Of a stretch of DNA of 64,000 bases, positions 34,805-48,590 are shown one piece after another. This stretch comes from Mobula hypostoma (lineage: Eukaryota). Made by a program: the position numbers and the translations under genes. The stretch is taken from contig NC_086109.1 of the NCBI RefSeq assembly GCF_963921235.1, positions 18,602,001 through 18,666,000 of the forward strand, in the 5' to 3' direction. Position 1 is the first letter of the stretch. Each line of letters begins with the position of its first letter. Under the pieces are notes generated by a model. It saw only the letters and a program-made list of their open reading frames with translations, made no database searches and was not told where the DNA came from.

Positions 34805-35056
34805 GTAACTCTGCCATGGATGGACACAAGCCAGCTAGGAAAGGAAGAGGGTTGGGCATGGGGCTAGCAACTCCATCTCATAAAAACCAGTGCCATAGGA
34901 ACACCAACAGAAGCTCGGAAGACTTGGGAGAAGAAGGACACACCAAGAAGAAAGGCCACACCTGGAGATGATGAGAAAGACTGGTCCTGGATAGAGGACT
35001 CTGGTGAGCTACTGTCGGTGGCTTACGCACCAGGAGCGGTGATGGGCATAAGTAAG
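34805..35056 (+). mobile_element. Non-autonomous RTE-derived element
   Basis: gggttgggcatggggctagcaac 5'-type block joined to an RTE-like 3' end; TAAG repeat tail. Confidence 0.45.
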
Positions 35057-35344
35057 TTTGCCAAGGTCAACATGTATTGCCCATGTTGAGATAATCTGAG
35101 AAACTTTGACAAGTGGACGGTTTTGATGCAACAGAGAGCATTTCAGAGTGAGACTGTGCAAACACTTTATGTGTAGGTTAGACCCTGTTATGGATGGCAA
35201 GGGTCTTGCTCTAAAGAATACTACCAGTTTTAAGTGAATTTAAGTTCTAGTGAATGGTGTCAATCTGAGAACTCTATTTCTCACTTCACAAAGTTTAAAC
35301 TGTTGACTGTCTTGAGTATTTTCTGTTTTAATTTCAGATTTTTA

Positions 35345-35775
35345 GCATAGAGTCATAGGGTCGTTGGGCTCTGCAGAACAGAAACAGGCCCATCAGATGA
35401 TCTAGTCAGTGTCGAACTGTTATTCTGCCTAGTTCCATCAACTAAAACCTAGCCCATAGCCTCCATACCTCTCCCATCCATGTGCTTATCCAAATTTCTC
35501 TTAACTATTGCATCTAATCTCACATCCACCTCTTCTGCTGGCAGCTCATCCCACACTTGCACCATCCTCCAAGTGAATAAGTTCTCCCTCAGGTTCCCCT
35601 TAAATGTTTTCATCTTTCAACCTTAACCTATGACCTCTAGTTACAGTCTCACCCACCCAACCTAGGTGGAAGAAGCCTGCTTGTATTTACTCTATCTACA
35701 CCCTCATAATTTTATATACCTCTATCAAATCTCCCCTCATTCTCCTACCCTCTAGGGAATAAAGTCCAAACCTGC
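35345..35775 (-). mobile_element. CR1 3' fragment
   Basis: Same family as 44049-44570. Confidence 0.65.
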
Positions 35776-36374
35776 CAACCTTAGTATCTGCATTTTTTGT
35801 TTGATTTCAGAATCTCAAATTGCCATGCTAGGAATTGAATTAATGTTTTCTGGATTTTAGCTGGATTGCTGCCTCTGGATTACTAGTCCTTAATATAAAT
35901 ATAATAACATCATTAATCATTATAATAATCTTAACTAGCAGTGTTTGAAGTTGAATTTTGTGCAGTTAGAGAAAGTTCCCAATGAAAATTTTGATGGATG
36001 CTTCAACAGTTTCCTGTGTCTGTTCTGGAGGAATGTCTGGTAATTATCTTCTCCTTTGCAGGAGGTGCAAGTCAGGATAAAGTAACCATCTGCATGAAAT
36101 GATATTGTCTGAAAGTTTTTTTCTGCTCCTTATCAACATTGCCAGTAACTCACACGCCTTGTAAATCGGGTGGGGCTGAAGACATATTATCAGTTGTTAC
36201 CAGGCATTCTGTTGTGTATTATATACAACAAATAGCCTGCATTTATTTAGCACCATTAACAAAACAATAGAAACTTAAGGTATTAAGCAGAAAAGTCATT
36301 AAAAATATTTGAGACTGAGCCAACAAAGAGATATTAGTACAAGAAACCTGAACTTCAGCGTTCAAAATAAATTT

Positions 36375-37195
36375 ATTATTGAACTTGGAGATGCAGCACT
36401 GTAAAATGCACTTCCTGTCCAATGAGCCCACATTGTCTGTATGTGACCATTAACCTACTAACTGTACATCTTTGAAATGTGGGAAAAGACAATGTAGGGT
36501 GCCAGACGTTTTTGTAGACCCAGGTGACTTCTTCCAGTTTGCCTATGGCTTGTGTGTGGGAGCAGGGGTTGGTTTTGGGATCCTCATGTTTTTTGTCATT
36601 CATTCTTTGGGGTCTATTGTTTTGTGGAGTCTGTGAAGAGTAAGAATTTCAGGTTCTATATGTTCTCTGATATTAAATTAAACCACATGAACCAGGGAAC
36701 CCAGGGGAAATCTACATGGCCATGGGGAGAACATAAAAACTCCTTACAGACTGCGGGGGGGGGGGGGATTTGATCCCGGGTCTCTAGTGCTGCAAAGCAT
36801 TACACTAAACCCTATGCTACATTGCTCCCGAAGGTATTATCGAAGTTTGTATACCATATACAACAATGAGATTCATTTTCTTGCAGAAACCCATAGGGAA
36901 ATAAAGAAACACAATAAAATCCATGAAAAACATACATAAAAAAGACTGACAAACATCCTAAATGCAAAAGAGGACAAATGATGTAAATAATAAAAAAAAA
37001 AGTAAAAAAATAATAATGAGAAAGTGAGCTGCAGAGCCCCTGAAAGTGGGGAGTTCTGCTTTGGGATGGGTGAAGCCATTCACACCGATGCAGGAGCCCA
37101 ATGGTTATAGGGCAACAACTATTCCTGAACCTGGTGATGTGGGACACAAGACTCCTACACCTCCTGCCTGATGGCGGTAGTGAGAAGAGAGGGAG
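36375..37195 (-). mobile_element. V-domain SINE (about 36375-36830) adjacent to Rex1/Babar 3' fragment (about 36830-37195)
   Basis: Reverse-complement V core; LFSLPPSGRRCRSLVSHITRFRNS. Confidence 0.6.
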
Positions 37196-38274
37196 GTGGG
37201 ACAAATGCAGGCAGATGGGATGGGCTCAGATGGCAAATCTTGGCTGGCACAGAGAGGGTGGGGCTAAATACCAGTTTGTTTTCTGTTTCATAAAATATTG
37301 GATTTTAAGAAGCAAAAGAAAGTAGAAGAGTAGGGAGACTTGGGAAGAGGGTTTCCCAGTGTAGACATCACTCAATTGAAGGAATGGGTAGTAAAGATAA
37401 TTTAACAAATATCAGACTTACATAGGAGGCTGGAAAAAGAAGGGATTAGAGATTATTAGACTGCAAGTTGTTCTGGGGTGTTTTAAAGAAGACTGGTGAT
37501 GGTGGTGGGGCAGGGGAGGTTGGTGGTGGGTGTGAGGTCACAGAAGGATTTGGAAGCTATGACAAAAATTTAGAAATTAATCAGAGCAATTGTGACTGAA
37601 TGACACTTGTGTCCAAACTCATTGGGCAGGAACTTGGGGGTTGAGGTGGATCACTAGGACTTACTCTCTGGCCATTATTTGTTCTTCAGGCCAACGCAGA
37701 GTGAAAAAATTTCACAAAGTATAAAATGAAGGGAGGGCCTGGCCTGTCAACTGGGTTAGTTTCCAATCACTCTTCTTTCCTGTTTCCAGAGGGTCAATCA
37801 GGATTGATACGAACAAACCATTTCTTCACCACACTGGGTTTACTGGCCCCACATGGGCTATCTATCAGGGGATTTTGTTGGGAAAGGGGAAGTGATGTGA
37901 AGGAATGCTAGTGTTGAACATGAATCCCAGTTGTTACAGTGAGGTTTGCTCACATCCAGTTTATACTGAACTTTGATCCATCCATCTCAGGGGATCACTC
38001 CACTCCAACCCTCAGCCACTTGGCCAATATCGAATCATTACTAGATTGAGATCTTTTCAAATTTCATAATATATTTCCTTTGGTTTCTTTTCCATTCTTT
38101 ATTTGTCTTTTCCTCTTTTTGTATCCGATTTGCTTCTAATTTACTTAGCTGCTTCTTGGATGTTTCTCTCTAAATCTCATGACTCGGGGATAGACCGTGT
38201 TTCCATTTTATATAAACTGCAGAGCCAAAATATCTTGCAGGTGAAGGCGAAGGGGCTAAAGCGTAGCCTGGCAC

Positions 38275-38380
38275 ATTTGCATTCAAGGCCAATCTCAGAG
38301 TCACGAGTTCCTGCAAGGCGCAAATAAAAGGGTCTTGGATCTTTAACATGTGCTATCACAGTAGCACCAGCAGAGGGGAG
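38275..38380. promoter_or_regulatory. Candidate cis-regulatory motif cluster (octamer, CCAAT, CTCF-like)
   Basis: ATTTGCAT 38275-38282, GCCAATC just downstream, CACCAGCAGAGGGGAG 38365-38380, in apparently repeat-free DNA. Confidence 0.25.
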
Positions 38381-38806
38381 TATAATCTGAAGTTTGAATC
38401 ACGGTCATTTTAAGCAAGGTCGTCAATGTTCATATAGAGTGAGGCTGTCCTGCGATACAACTGCAAATAATGCATTGCACATACAGGAGTGATTTCCACT
38501 TAAAGCTTTCTATGACTGAGATACTACAGCAGTCACTGCTTCTACAGGGTTACAAGCTTATCTGTTTTGGCCTGAATTAAATTACAGCTTTAATTTCTGT
38601 TTCAGATGAATGTGAAACACCTTTGCTCCTCTGGCCTCTGTTACTCATGTACCAAGGACCACCTTTGAGAGCTCAGGCTCCGCAGTTTGACAGTGCAAAC
38701 TGCCTTAGGCAGGGGAATGAATATTTTTTTTCATAAATGCTCTGGGTTCTTCTCACCCAAGAAGCTGCAAAAGGTATCATTTCATACAGACTTGCAAGAG
38801 GTGTTT

Positions 38807-39255
38807 CAGAATCAGGTTTAATATCACTGTCATGAAATTTGTTGTTTTGCTGCAGCAGTACATTCTAATAAGTAAAAGTGCTGTAAATTAAAATAAAAAG
38901 TATATATAAAAGATTAAATTAAATATGTGGTGCAAAAAGATAGCAAAGATAATTAATTAGTGTCACGGGTTGGCTCATTTTCGGTTCAGAAATCTTATTG
39001 CAGAGAGGAAGGAGCTGTTCCTAAAATGTTGAGTGTGTGTCTTCCGGTTCCTGTACCTCCTCTCTATTGGTAGTAGTAAGAAGAGATCGTGTCCTGGATG
39101 GTGAGGGTCCCTAATGATGGATGCTGCATTTTTGACACATCACCTTTTGAAGATGTCCTCGACCCTTGGGAGGCTAGTGGCCAGAATGGGGCTGGCTGAG
39201 TTTGCAACCCTCGGCAGCTTTTCTGATCCTGTGCAGTGACTCCTCTATACAAGAT
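38807..39255 (-). mobile_element. Rex1/Babar 3' fragment
   Basis: TCAGAA tail and the family 3' coding end. Confidence 0.65.
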
Positions 39256-39260
39256 GTGTC

Positions 39261-40461
39261 TGTAACCCTCCCATCGGGCCTGTAGGCAAACCTGGCTCTA
39301 CAGCTACCTCTGCTAACGGCCCCATGACTCAGCAGTGAGGCGGCCACCTTTCACAACAATACACGTCTAGGTTCAGTATGATTTGGGATTCAACCAAACA
39401 GGAATGTCGCAATGTTCTGATTAAAGAAATCTCGATTTGAGAGAATGCTGTGTAAATACTGTCTATACACAATTGTAGCAGCAGAGATGTGGTTTTTGAG
39501 GAGGATGCAAAGAATATCATGGATGAAATGAATATCTGACGAGGATGTCATGAACAGAGCAAACACAAAAAGAGAAATAATGTATGAGATCATGAAAAGG
39601 CAACATAACTTCATTGGACATGTGATTAGGAAAGAGAAGTTAGAATGCACGGTAATTATGGGAAAGATTGAAGGAAAGAAAGCAAGAGGAACACAAAGAC
39701 AAATGATGGTAGAGACAGCAGCCAGAAAACTGGAAATGAATACCAATGAATTGATCCACTTGACCTGAAACAGGAGTGTGTGGGCCATGGCAGTCAAAGC
39801 TCAAACTGGGCATGGCACCTGATGATGATGACACAATTATTGGACGGCAAGAAATTACAGACCACACACTGCATAAAATTATAATGGAAGCATATTTACT
39901 AATTTCAGCTTTATCAAACAGTTATTAAGAGAAAGAAAAGAAAAAAGAAATAAAAGGGTCCATTACAGTTAAACTTGTCTAAATGTACACAGGGCTGTTA
40001 GAGCTTGTACCTTCCAAACCCGGATATAACCGTTACCTACAGCGCCGGATCCACAGTATGCATGAAAGCACCCGCCATTATCCGAACTTCCCTTGAAGTC
40101 CATCTCGAACAAACTGGCTCTCTGCCAGGTGTAGTGAGCTCCCTCCTTGGAGCCATTCATCTGCACAAAGCACTCCTTGCAACGGGGTCTCTCCTTCCCA
40201 AAGCACTCTGCGGCACCTTCCCTTCTGTCCTGCTCCGCAGCTCCCACCAAAAACCAGCCTGCTCTCCAACACAAATCTTTCTCTGCCCCACTCCCTCTAG
40301 CATTTTCTCTGGATCCCACCATCCTGATTGGCCGACACAACAGGACTTCTTATCTCAGCTGACACCAAATCATTCTACCAGCAGAACTCAGTGCTTTTGC
40401 AGAAACAGTTAATATGAAATACCTGCAGCACAGCAGTAGAAATCTTAACCGGGGCATTACC
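39261..40461 (-). mobile_element. Solo LTR
   Basis: TGTAACCC...GGGGCATTAC(C) termini; TSD TGTC at 39257-39260 and 40462-40465; strand is tentative. Confidence 0.6.
39477..39830 (+). mobile_element. RTE 3' fragment inserted in the solo LTR
   Basis: EMWFLRRM...FIGHVIRKEKLE...GKIEGKKARG; (GAT)n tail; TSD ACACAATT at 39467-39474 and 39831-39838. Confidence 0.8.
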
Positions 40462-40469
40462 TGTCCAAG

Positions 40470-41520
40470 GTGATAAGAGGCAAAGATCAAGTGGACAGCC
40501 GGGTTGGAAATGGCTAATAAAAAGGGCAGAATTTTAAAGTGATTGGAGGAAATTATAGGGGGGGGGGATGTCAGAGAGAGGTCTTTACGCAGAGGGTGGT
40601 GGGTGAGTGGAATGGCCTGCTGCCGGGTGGGGTTAGGGGCAGATATAGTAAGGGAATTTAAGCAACACTGAGGCACATGGATGATAGTAAAATGGAGGGT
40701 TATGCGGGAGGGAAGTGTTAGATTAAACTTGGAGTAAGTTAAAAGGTCAGCACGTCGTGGGCCAAAGGGACTGTACTGAGCTGAAATATTCCATGTTCTA
40801 TCTAGCCCATTGATTCTACACTGCTTCTCAGAACTTTCCCACCTTTCTTACTTCTCTGCAATTTGTTTCCTGTAACCTTTGTTTCATCTTGAGGCAAATG
40901 ATTCCCCCATCTGGCAAAGGAATGGCCAATTCATAATGGCTGCTCTTTGGAGCCATGGGCTTGGCAACGTAAACTGCGGTGGGTAGAAGGCTCTGGGTTA
41001 ATGTTTAATTCAAAAGATGGTTTGAAGGAGTGGAAAGGCCATGGGATAGGGAACACTGAGGAACAAAGGGAATGTGTAGTACACGTCCAGAGACCTTTGA
41101 CGGTGGTGACACAGTGGGTAATGTGGTTAGGAAGGCGTCTGGGATACTGGCCTTCTTTCATCATGGTATTGAATATAGAATCGGAATCAGGTTTATTATC
41201 ACTGAATTATTCCATGAAATGTGTCGTTTTGTGGCAGCAGTACAGTACAAAGCTTAAAAATTATGGTAAGTAATATATAATAATTAAAATAATAGTGCAA
41301 AGAGAGAGCAATATAGTGAGGCAGTGTTTGACACTTCAATGTCTGTTCAGAAATATGAAGGCAAAGGGGAACCGAACTAGAGAGGTAATGCTCCAAATTT
41401 ATGAATCTCAGCTGGAGTACCGCGTGCAGCTCTGGTCACCAAGGTATAGGAAGGATGTGATTGTGCTGGAAAGTGTGCAGAGGAGATCCATCAGTATGTT
41501 TCCTGGGATAGAGAAATTGA
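40470..41520 (+). mobile_element. CR1 fragments (40470-40800; 41030-41520 with a Rex1 tail inserted)
   Basis: QLEYRVQLWSPRYRKDVIVLESVQRR; CR1 3' UTR ending ccatgttcta. Confidence 0.6.
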
Positions 41521-41709
41521 CCACCCCTATAGAGTTATAACCACATAAACAGGCCCTTTGGCCCAACTAGTCCATGCTGACCACTAGTCCCAGTTGTCTA
41601 TGTTTGATCCAAAACCCTCTAAGCCCTTTCATTCCATCTACCTAAGGAGATAGACTAGAACACAGATTTAGGATATGGGGAAAGAAACAGAGTAAGTGAA
41701 TAAAACTGC

Positions 41710-42135
41710 GGTGGCTAGGTGGAGATACATCTCTTTCAAGGAAGTTGTATGGTGCTCCTTCTTTCCACTAGCCTGCATGTCACTTTTGGGCAAGGTGCAG
41801 CATCTGCTCAGCTCCCCCTCTCCCCAAACAGGGTCAAGTAAAGCCATGGGAGCTAGTGGTGGATGGTCATATGAGCAGCTGGTGCATATCACAAGTCCCG
41901 GTTATTCTACCACTGAAGCCAGGCAGACAATGTCTGAGGAGAATTGATAATGGCTGGGGTCACCCATTTTGTAAAGACACCATCCAGAAGTAGGCAATGG
42001 CAAACCATTTCTGTGGAAAAATTTGCCAAGAGTAATCATGGTCATGGATAGAGATCAGAACTTCTCAGATTGAAACAGATGGAAGACCATTATCGCCCAT
42101 GTCATACAACACAGCACACCATGATGATGATAATG
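41710..42135 (+). mobile_element. Non-autonomous RTE/BovB-like element
   Basis: ggcaatggcaaaccatttc...ttgccaaga motif; (ATG)n tail. Confidence 0.5.
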
Positions 42136-43339
42136 AAATAAAATGAGATTTAAAGTGAGGGAAAAGAAATTTAGAGTGGATATGAGGGAGATCTTCTTCA
42201 CCCAGAGAGTGATAGGTACAGTACCTACAATGGACTACCTGAGAGGGTAGTTGAAGTTGGGTGGTTGACACCAATGAAGAAGTGTCTAGAGCACATAACT
42301 CACCTGAACAAAGTGGGGTTTGGGCCAAGAGCCCGGAAATAGGATTAATGCAGAAGAATGCCGATTTGGGTAGTAGGGGTGATTTGGGATAAATTACCTA
42401 CTTCCAGCTGTTTGTATCTGGGGGTTGTGATCAAAAGGATGACAGCAATGTCCATTTTGTGGGATTCAAAATGTGAACTCAAGTTTGAACAAGAAACCGA
42501 ATTGGGCAGCTGCTGATGTGGTCTGAGTCAGCGACCGACAATGGAGGTGGAATCAGCTCTGAGTTCGGATGGTTTTGGGCAAGGCTTGAACACCTGAGGT
42601 AAGACTGATGCTTCTAATAGCTGGTAGTGTTGAGCTACAGGTTGGTGGCGCTCAGGCAGAGCCAAAGTCAGGAGAATAGCAGGGAAAATGGTTAAATAGC
42701 AAAAGATTTTCTCCATCCTATACTGGAAATAAATGATAGAAGTTTAAGCAGAAATACATTTATAATACATTTAGTCTTTGAACACTTCTGAAAGAAATTG
42801 ATAGATTATCAAAATAGGCCTTGTGTTTGGCAACCAGTAAATTTTTCATTGTGTTAAATTTATTGAGTTAAGGTAAACAAAAGGTTTGAAATATATGAGA
42901 TACTTTACAGTGAATGAAGTAAATATCTTTATTGGATTGCGAGTGTTTTTTTGCTTCTTTCTGTGGTTTGACTTCTTCTCATGATCCCTGGTGTAAATCT
43001 AAAGTGTCTCAACAATTGGAAACCCAAATCTTTCCCACACAACCATAACGAAAAAAAACTCCAAGTCAACGGATCGATAAAAAGGACAGAAAGTGACCCT
43101 ATAGTGATGCTATCCCTTTAAAACTGAACGTTGACAACAGCAATAGCCTCCATTTACAGTGTACACCACCTTTGATGTTATAAAACATCATAAGGAATGT
43201 TATCGAGTAAAAATCTTAAGAAGTGGGGACAGTAGTAGGACATTCATCTCCTCAGCTCTGCTTGGCAATTCAACTGGAGCATGGCTGATCTAGTATTCCA
43301 CAAATCCCCTTCCCTGGAGTCCTTCATTGCCATCCTAAT

Positions 43340-43912
43340 CAAAGTCATGTCAAAGTCAAATTAAATTTATTATCAAAGTACATATACGTCACCATACACC
43401 ACCTTGAGATTCATTTTCTTCCAGGCGTTTATAGGAGAGTAAAGAAATACAATAGAATTTACAATGTATTATACATAATCAAAGACTATCAAGCAACCAA
43501 TGTGCAAAAAAAAGACCGATCATGCAAGTGAAAGAAACTAGATAAATAAATACTAAGAACATGAACTGTAGAGTCCTTGAAAGTGAGTCCATAGGTTGTG
43601 GAATCAGCTCAGAGTTGAGGCAATTGAAGTTATCCATGCTGGTTCAGGAACCCAGTGGTTGTAGGGTAATAACTCTTCCTGAACCTGTTGGTTTGGGACC
43701 TTCAGCTTCTGTACCTCCTGACTAGTAGTAGCAAGAAGAGAGCATAGCCTGGATGGTGGGTGTTCTTGATGATAGATGCTGTTTTTTTTTGTGGCAGTGC
43801 TCCTTTGTAAATGTGCTCAATGTGGAAGTATTTTACCTCTGATGGCTTGGGCTGTATCCACCACTTTCTGTAAATTTTTTTGCTCCTGGGCATTGGTGTT
43901 TCCATATCAGGT
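43340..43912 (-). mobile_element. Rex1/Babar 3' fragment
   Basis: KTASIIKNTHHPGYALFLLL...RRYRS; tcaaag repeat tail. Confidence 0.7.
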
Positions 43913-44048
43913 GAGATCTATCTCAGCAATAAATATACACAAGGACTCTGTCCAATAGCTCTCTCTGCCTTGGTGCTCCAAAGATTCAGAACCCTCTGAG
44001 GGAAGAAACTCTTCCTTATCTCAGTCTTCAGTGGACATTGTCTTATTA

Positions 44049-44570
44049 GAACCATGGAACCATAGAACACTACAGCACAGCAAACAGGCCATTTGGCCCT
44101 TCCAGCCTGTGCTGAAACCTTATTTCGCTAGTCCCATTGACCTGCACCCAGTCCATAACCCTCCAGATCTCTCCCATCCATGTACCTATCCAATTTATTC
44201 TTAAAACTTAAGAGTGAGCCTGCATTTACCACGTCAGATGGCAGCTTGTTCCACACTCCCATCACCCTCAGAGTGAAGAAATTCCCCCTAACGTTCCCCC
44301 TAAATCTTTCCCCTTTCACCCTAAAGCCATGTCCTCTCGTATTTATCTCTCCTAATCTGTGGAAAGAGCCTACTCACATTTACTCTGTCCATAATTTTGT
44401 AAACCTCTATCAAATCTCCCCTCATTCTTCTATGCTCCAAGGAATAAAATCCTAACCTGTTCAATCTTTCCCTGTAACTCAACTCCTGAAGACCCGGCAA
44501 CATCCTAGCCAATCTTCTCCGCACTCTTTCAATCTTACTGATATCCTTCCTATAGTTAGGTGACCAGAGG
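44049..44570 (-). mobile_element. CR1 3' fragment nested in an older CR1
   Basis: WSPNYRKDISKIERV...RGDLIEVYKIM; flanking CTTATTA at 44042-44048 and 44573-44579. Confidence 0.8.
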
Positions 44571-45385
44571 CCCTTATTATGAGACCTTTGGCTCTGGACT
44601 CTCCAACTGAGGGGAACCATCCTCTCTGCATTTAGCCTTTTCAAAGACCCATAAAAAGAGATTGCAACAAAATCAAGGAGTAGTTTTAAGGAAACAGAAG
44701 GATAGACAGAGGAGCAGAAGGGCAAGAAAGGAATTTCACTGCTTAAAGTCTTCACATCTGAAGTTAACACTAGCAGAGAGATTAAAGTCAGGGTGAGTGA
44801 AAGCCCAGCACTGGAACTATGCAGATGGCTAAAGAGATGGAGTTTACCAAAATAAGGGAAGGGTTGTGAGGAAGGGACATAATGCCATGGCAGAATTCAT
44901 AAATGAGGGTTAGAAATTTAAAGTCAAGTCATTGATCAACCAGGAGACAGTGTAAGTAAACTGGCACAGGGTGAAGAGAAGTTGACGTAATTTAAAACAT
45001 GGATGACATTAAGTACCCTTCTTTTTAGACTATATGTGAACCTCTAATGTCCCAGGAATTGTACCTTATACAGGAGGTAAGTAATATTGTTGGACTGTTT
45101 GACCACAATAAATACATGGACATTAATTTTACTGTAAATAATTCTCTAATTTTAGCTGTGCATCAACTGACTATAGATTGTGTGACTACAAATCTAATCT
45201 CTATGTAGTCGCAGGCACAGACTATGGCGTGTATGAAATGGACAAGACCATTTTATCAGGCTTGGTAGTTTACGGCAGGGAGAATTGTTTCTCAGGTTGA
45301 CAACACAAGTCCCTGAATCACCAGGTTTCTGTACTAATCCTAATTTATCAACACGTGATCTATAGGTGATTCAAGTCCTCACCTA

Positions 45386-45912
45386 CACCCAGTGGCCATC
45401 TTATGAGGTACACCTGTGTACCTGCTCATTTGTGCAAATATCTAATCAGCCAATCATGCGGCAGCAACTTGATGCATGAAGACCTGCAGACGAGGTTCAA
45501 TTGTTGTTCAGACCAAACACCAGAATAGGAAGAAATTTGATTTAAGTGACCTTGACCATGATGGTTGGTGCCAGATTGGGAGGATTGAGTATCTCAGAAA
45601 CTTTTTACGCCTAACTGTCTCTAGATTTTACAGAGAGTAGTGCAAAAAACAAAAAAAAACTCAAGTGAGTGGCAGTTCTGTGGGCAAAAATGCCTTGTTA
45701 ATGAGAAAGGTCAGAGGAGAATGGCCAGATTGGTTCAAGCTGACAGGAAGATGACAGTAACTCAAATAACCACGTGTTTCCACAATGGTATGCAGAAGAG
45801 CATCTCTGAATGACAACATGTCGAACCTTGAAGAGAATGGGCTACAGCAGCAGAAGACCATGAATATATACACAGTAGCTACTTTCTTAGGTACAGTAGG
45901 TACCTAATAAAG
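45386..45912 (+). mobile_element. Internally deleted Tc1/mariner element
   Basis: TIR cagtggccatcttatgagg...cctaataaag; transposase HTH remnant; paralog at 53176. Confidence 0.65.
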
Positions 45913-48284
45913 CTTTAGAAATTTTCCAAGACTCTTTGACTTCACCAACCACTCAGTCAGCGTTTTCCAGATTCTAACCACGCTCTGGTTGAAAAAAAAA
46001 TCCTCTTAAGATCTCCTCAAAACTAATTGCTCCTTGCTTAAAATTATGTCCTCTAGTTTTAGACACCTACTACCTACTTTAGCTGTGGTCTCATAATTTT
46101 GCGTATCTCTGACAAGACCCCCTTGGCCATTTCCAGTCCAGGGAAAACAAAGCTACTCTTTCCTCATAAATGCAGCATCTCACTGAGCCCCCCTGCATAC
46201 TCTCCAATGCAATTACATCCTTAACATTTTAGATAACCTCAAGTTTACAGAAAATAAAGCATGAGAAGTGGTCAGTGGAGTGTGCTGGAGTAATCTTGGT
46301 TGGAGTAACCAAGGCAAAAGACATTGTCGGAGAGAAACAGTGTTAATATTTCAGGTTGGAGTCCATTCATCAGAAGAAGTACCTTCAACCTAAAGTGGTA
46401 ACCAGTTTCTCTCTCGTGCCTCACCTGCTCAGTGATTACAGTTTTTATTTCAGATTTCTTCCACTGCTGGTGCGTAACATTGAGATGAAGGTAAGCTTGT
46501 ATGTTTGCTGCAACTGAACTGAGGGCTAGAGTCACAGCAGTGAGGGCACAATCTCCCAGAATGAGTCGGATTCCTGTCTATACAGGTCATCGAAGAGTTC
46601 AATCCTTAAGTGTGTTAAAATGGGAAATGCCTGAAAAATGAATACAGACTTCATAGAAATTTAGGTAACTTGCTATTGCAAAATATCCTCCAAAATAAAT
46701 AAAATATGCATGCTTTAAGCAGCAAGAATCACAATGAACTTATACTCTCTTGGAAAAAAAAATATGTTTAAACTTTCAAAGTATTGGTTTAATTTCAAGC
46801 AAGTTGCAGAAGAAACAGGACTGAAATAAAAATGCGTTCCTCTGGGCTCTTTGTAAATGGGAGGCGAACAGTTATTGGCCTTGTCTAGATTTAGCATGAA
46901 ATTGTTTTAAAGGAATTAGAAAGTGTCAGAATGATTACTTTGCAGTGCAAAATTATAACATTTAGCACCTCAGGCTCCAGATTGTTTAGATTAAACCACT
47001 AAATCTTGGCAAAATTTGAGTGTCTTTGATGAACAGTTTTGACAAATATGCATAAAATAGACTGACAGTCCCATTTCAATCTCTTGTCGTGCCCACTGTA
47101 GATACACACTAGTGCCCTGCTGTCACATATTGGTTCCATGACAAATGTTCCACAGCATTTAAACATTCTTGTAACCCTCGTTGTCTCTATTCATTTCTCA
47201 AATTCATTCCCAAGATGTGGATTCTCCTGGCATTTGTCACTCATTGTTAACTAGGAAAAATTTGAAGTGAGCCTTTTTCTTGAGCTGTTGCAGTTCATGC
47301 TGTCTTAATGTGTTGCTTGGGAGGTGTTATGTGAGGGTTTGTTTACTTTTCGGTCGAAAGCCACTTCCATCGATTGGCCCATTTGAAGTACTGTATGCAG
47401 CAACTCTTTTCCCATTGGATGCACTATGTGCCTTGGCACTAGTGACCGGTTTCAAGCACCTCAAGCATATAAGAATAGCATTGTGCAGGAGGCTTGGTCT
47501 CTTTTCTTTGTCCCCAGGGTCATGACCAGTGCAGAAGAACCATTGGGAAGGTGGGCTCCAGTCTAAGGAGGCCCACTCACTCTCTCTAAGTATCTGTTTG
47601 TTGAAATATTTAGTTTTGCAGTTTGTGTAACTTAGGGGGAACTTAGATGTTTGGTCAAATCTTTTACAGATTGTAAATAAATGATTCATATGCTTATTCA
47701 TAGTCAGTGTCTTCTATCTCGCTCACCAAACCTGTGAAGTTGCTTCCACGTTACAGTAGGTAAGGGAGTGCAGGATTTTGACACAGAATAGATGATGAAA
47801 TATAAATCTGAGCCAGGGTGATGGGTGAATTGGCGGGGGGGGGGGGAAGGGTGGTGGAGATTCTATGTAACTGACACACTAGCTGGTTAAGAATATGGAC
47901 TTGAAGGTGCTCCCAACTGAAGTGTTAGACTGTACACTGCAATCATAGTACTTAATGGTGGAACTAAATATTGTAAAATGCTGTCTGGGATACCGAACAA
48001 ATGGGCGATTTTCCCTTGGAAGCCGTTCAGCTCTACGAATGCAGATGAAATGGATGTCAGCCAGCCAATTTCTAGAAAATTGATGTGAATTTTCACATTA
48101 AACCCACAATAGTTCATCTTTGTGAGTGTTTGTGGTTAGGAGATAGAGCTGTAATTAAATAATTAGACTAAAAAACCATAAGACAGAGAAGTGGAAGAAG
48201 GTCGTTCACTCCATTGACTGTGTGCCGCCATTCCATCATGGCTGATTTATTTTTCCTCCCCATTCTCCTGCCTTTTCCCTGTGC

Positions 48285-48590
48285 CCTTTGGTGGCATGGT
48301 AGTGTAGCAGTTAGCACAAGGCTTTACGGTGCCACTTGTAAGATCGGGGTTCACTTCTCACTGCTCTCTGTACGTTGTCCTGATGACTATGTGGGATTCC
48401 TCTGGGTGCTCTGCTTTCCTCTCATACTCCCAAAGGTGTATAGTTAGGGTCAGTGAGTTGTGGGCTTTCAGGGTTAGAGCTAATACTTGTGGGCTGCCCC
48501 TGCACAATCCTCACTGATTTGATTTGAGGCAAAATGAGGCATTTCACTGTTTGTTTTGAAGTATCTGACAAATAAAGCTCATCTTTATTT
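48285..48590 (+). mobile_element. V-domain SINE inserted in a CR1 3' fragment (48175-48810, minus)
   Basis: ggtggcatggtagtgtagcagttagcac head; V core; gacaaataaagctcatcttt tail. Confidence 0.65.

Noticed and set aside
46454..47550. Plus-strand micro-exon candidates 46454-46490 (FLPLLVRNIEMK) and 47518-47550 (GHDQCRRTIGK)
   Set aside because: Phase-compatible but tiny and unrecognisable; the first acceptor comes from an old Penelope-type repeat tail.
47327..47701. 124-aa minus ORF in non-repeat DNA
   Set aside because: No recognisable domain or splice context; length is compatible with chance.
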